Positions 41,033-41,251 of a stretch of DNA of 41,251 nt are shown one piece after another. The notes below the pieces were generated by a model. The model saw nothing but the letters and a program-made list of their open reading frames with translations. It made no database searches and was not told the DNA's origin. The stretch lies in IMG/VR virus record IMGVR_UViG_2869976549_000005. One strand, 5' to 3'. Both the position numbers and the translations under genes were made by a program. Each line of letters begins with the position of its first letter. The stretch's first letter is position 1. The stretch comes from a virus (Duplodnaviria; Heunggongvirae; Uroviricota; Caudoviricetes).

Positions 41033-41251
41033 ATGACTACATTATTCAGAAAAGAATATCCGCAAAAAAGTAGGGCGACAGAATTTTTGTTTCTCATTCT
41101 GTTTATCGTATTGATGATACCGATATCCCCTCTAATTTTTGTCTGGGCAATCGGGAAAATAATTGAGCCAGTTACTGAATTGTATACCGACGTTGTATGG
41201 GCGTCGTTCAACACACTGCACAATAAAATTAATCCGTATAAGGAAAACTGA
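41033..41251 (+). CDS. hypothetical small membrane protein, 72 aa
   Basis: One hydrophobic helix (FLFLILFIVLMIPISPLIFVWAIG); stop is the last codon of the window. Confidence 0.4.
   Translation: MTTLFRKEYPQKSRATEFLFLILFIVLMIPISPLIFVWAIGKIIEPVTELYTDVVWASFNTLHNKINPYKEN

Overview
This 41.25-kb window is a heavily decayed, IS-riddled lambdoid prophage of Shigella/E. coli type; no complete known defence system was found, and the candidates worth follow-up are unexplained cargo and non-coding elements. All calls rest on reading the sequence and recalled protein families, with no database search run; IS and site boundaries are approximate to a few bp. The window starts inside an IS1 copy (1-393) and carries a second, complete IS1 in the same orientation at 39977-40744. 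Left to right: a Rha-family regulator behind a structured leader (697-1526); a small AT-rich SAM-methyltransferase gene bracketed by ~130-bp direct repeats made of tfa 3' ends (1888-3078); a decayed pin invertase and a Mu/e14-like invertible tail-fibre segment with both gix sites present (3369-7576) but the expressed fibre gene split by IS600; a lambda-like tail module on the minus strand (stf, lom, J, I, K, L, M, H, T/G, V, U, Z; 6949-21555) with J inactivated; truncated IS21 and IS600 where head, terminase and endolysin genes should be; then an Stx-phage-like late region on the minus strand (Q-like gene, pR'/tR', DNA methyltransferase, tRNA-Ile/Arg/Arg cluster with IS186 inside one tRNA, NanS-p-like esterase, S21-type pinholin) with no stx genes; then RusA, DUF968, a Hok-family toxin gene with three small upstream ORFs, IS911, a fourth IS600, and two small AT-rich ORFs after the second IS1. 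Mobile elements found: IS1 x2, IS600 x4, IS911, IS186, truncated IS21.
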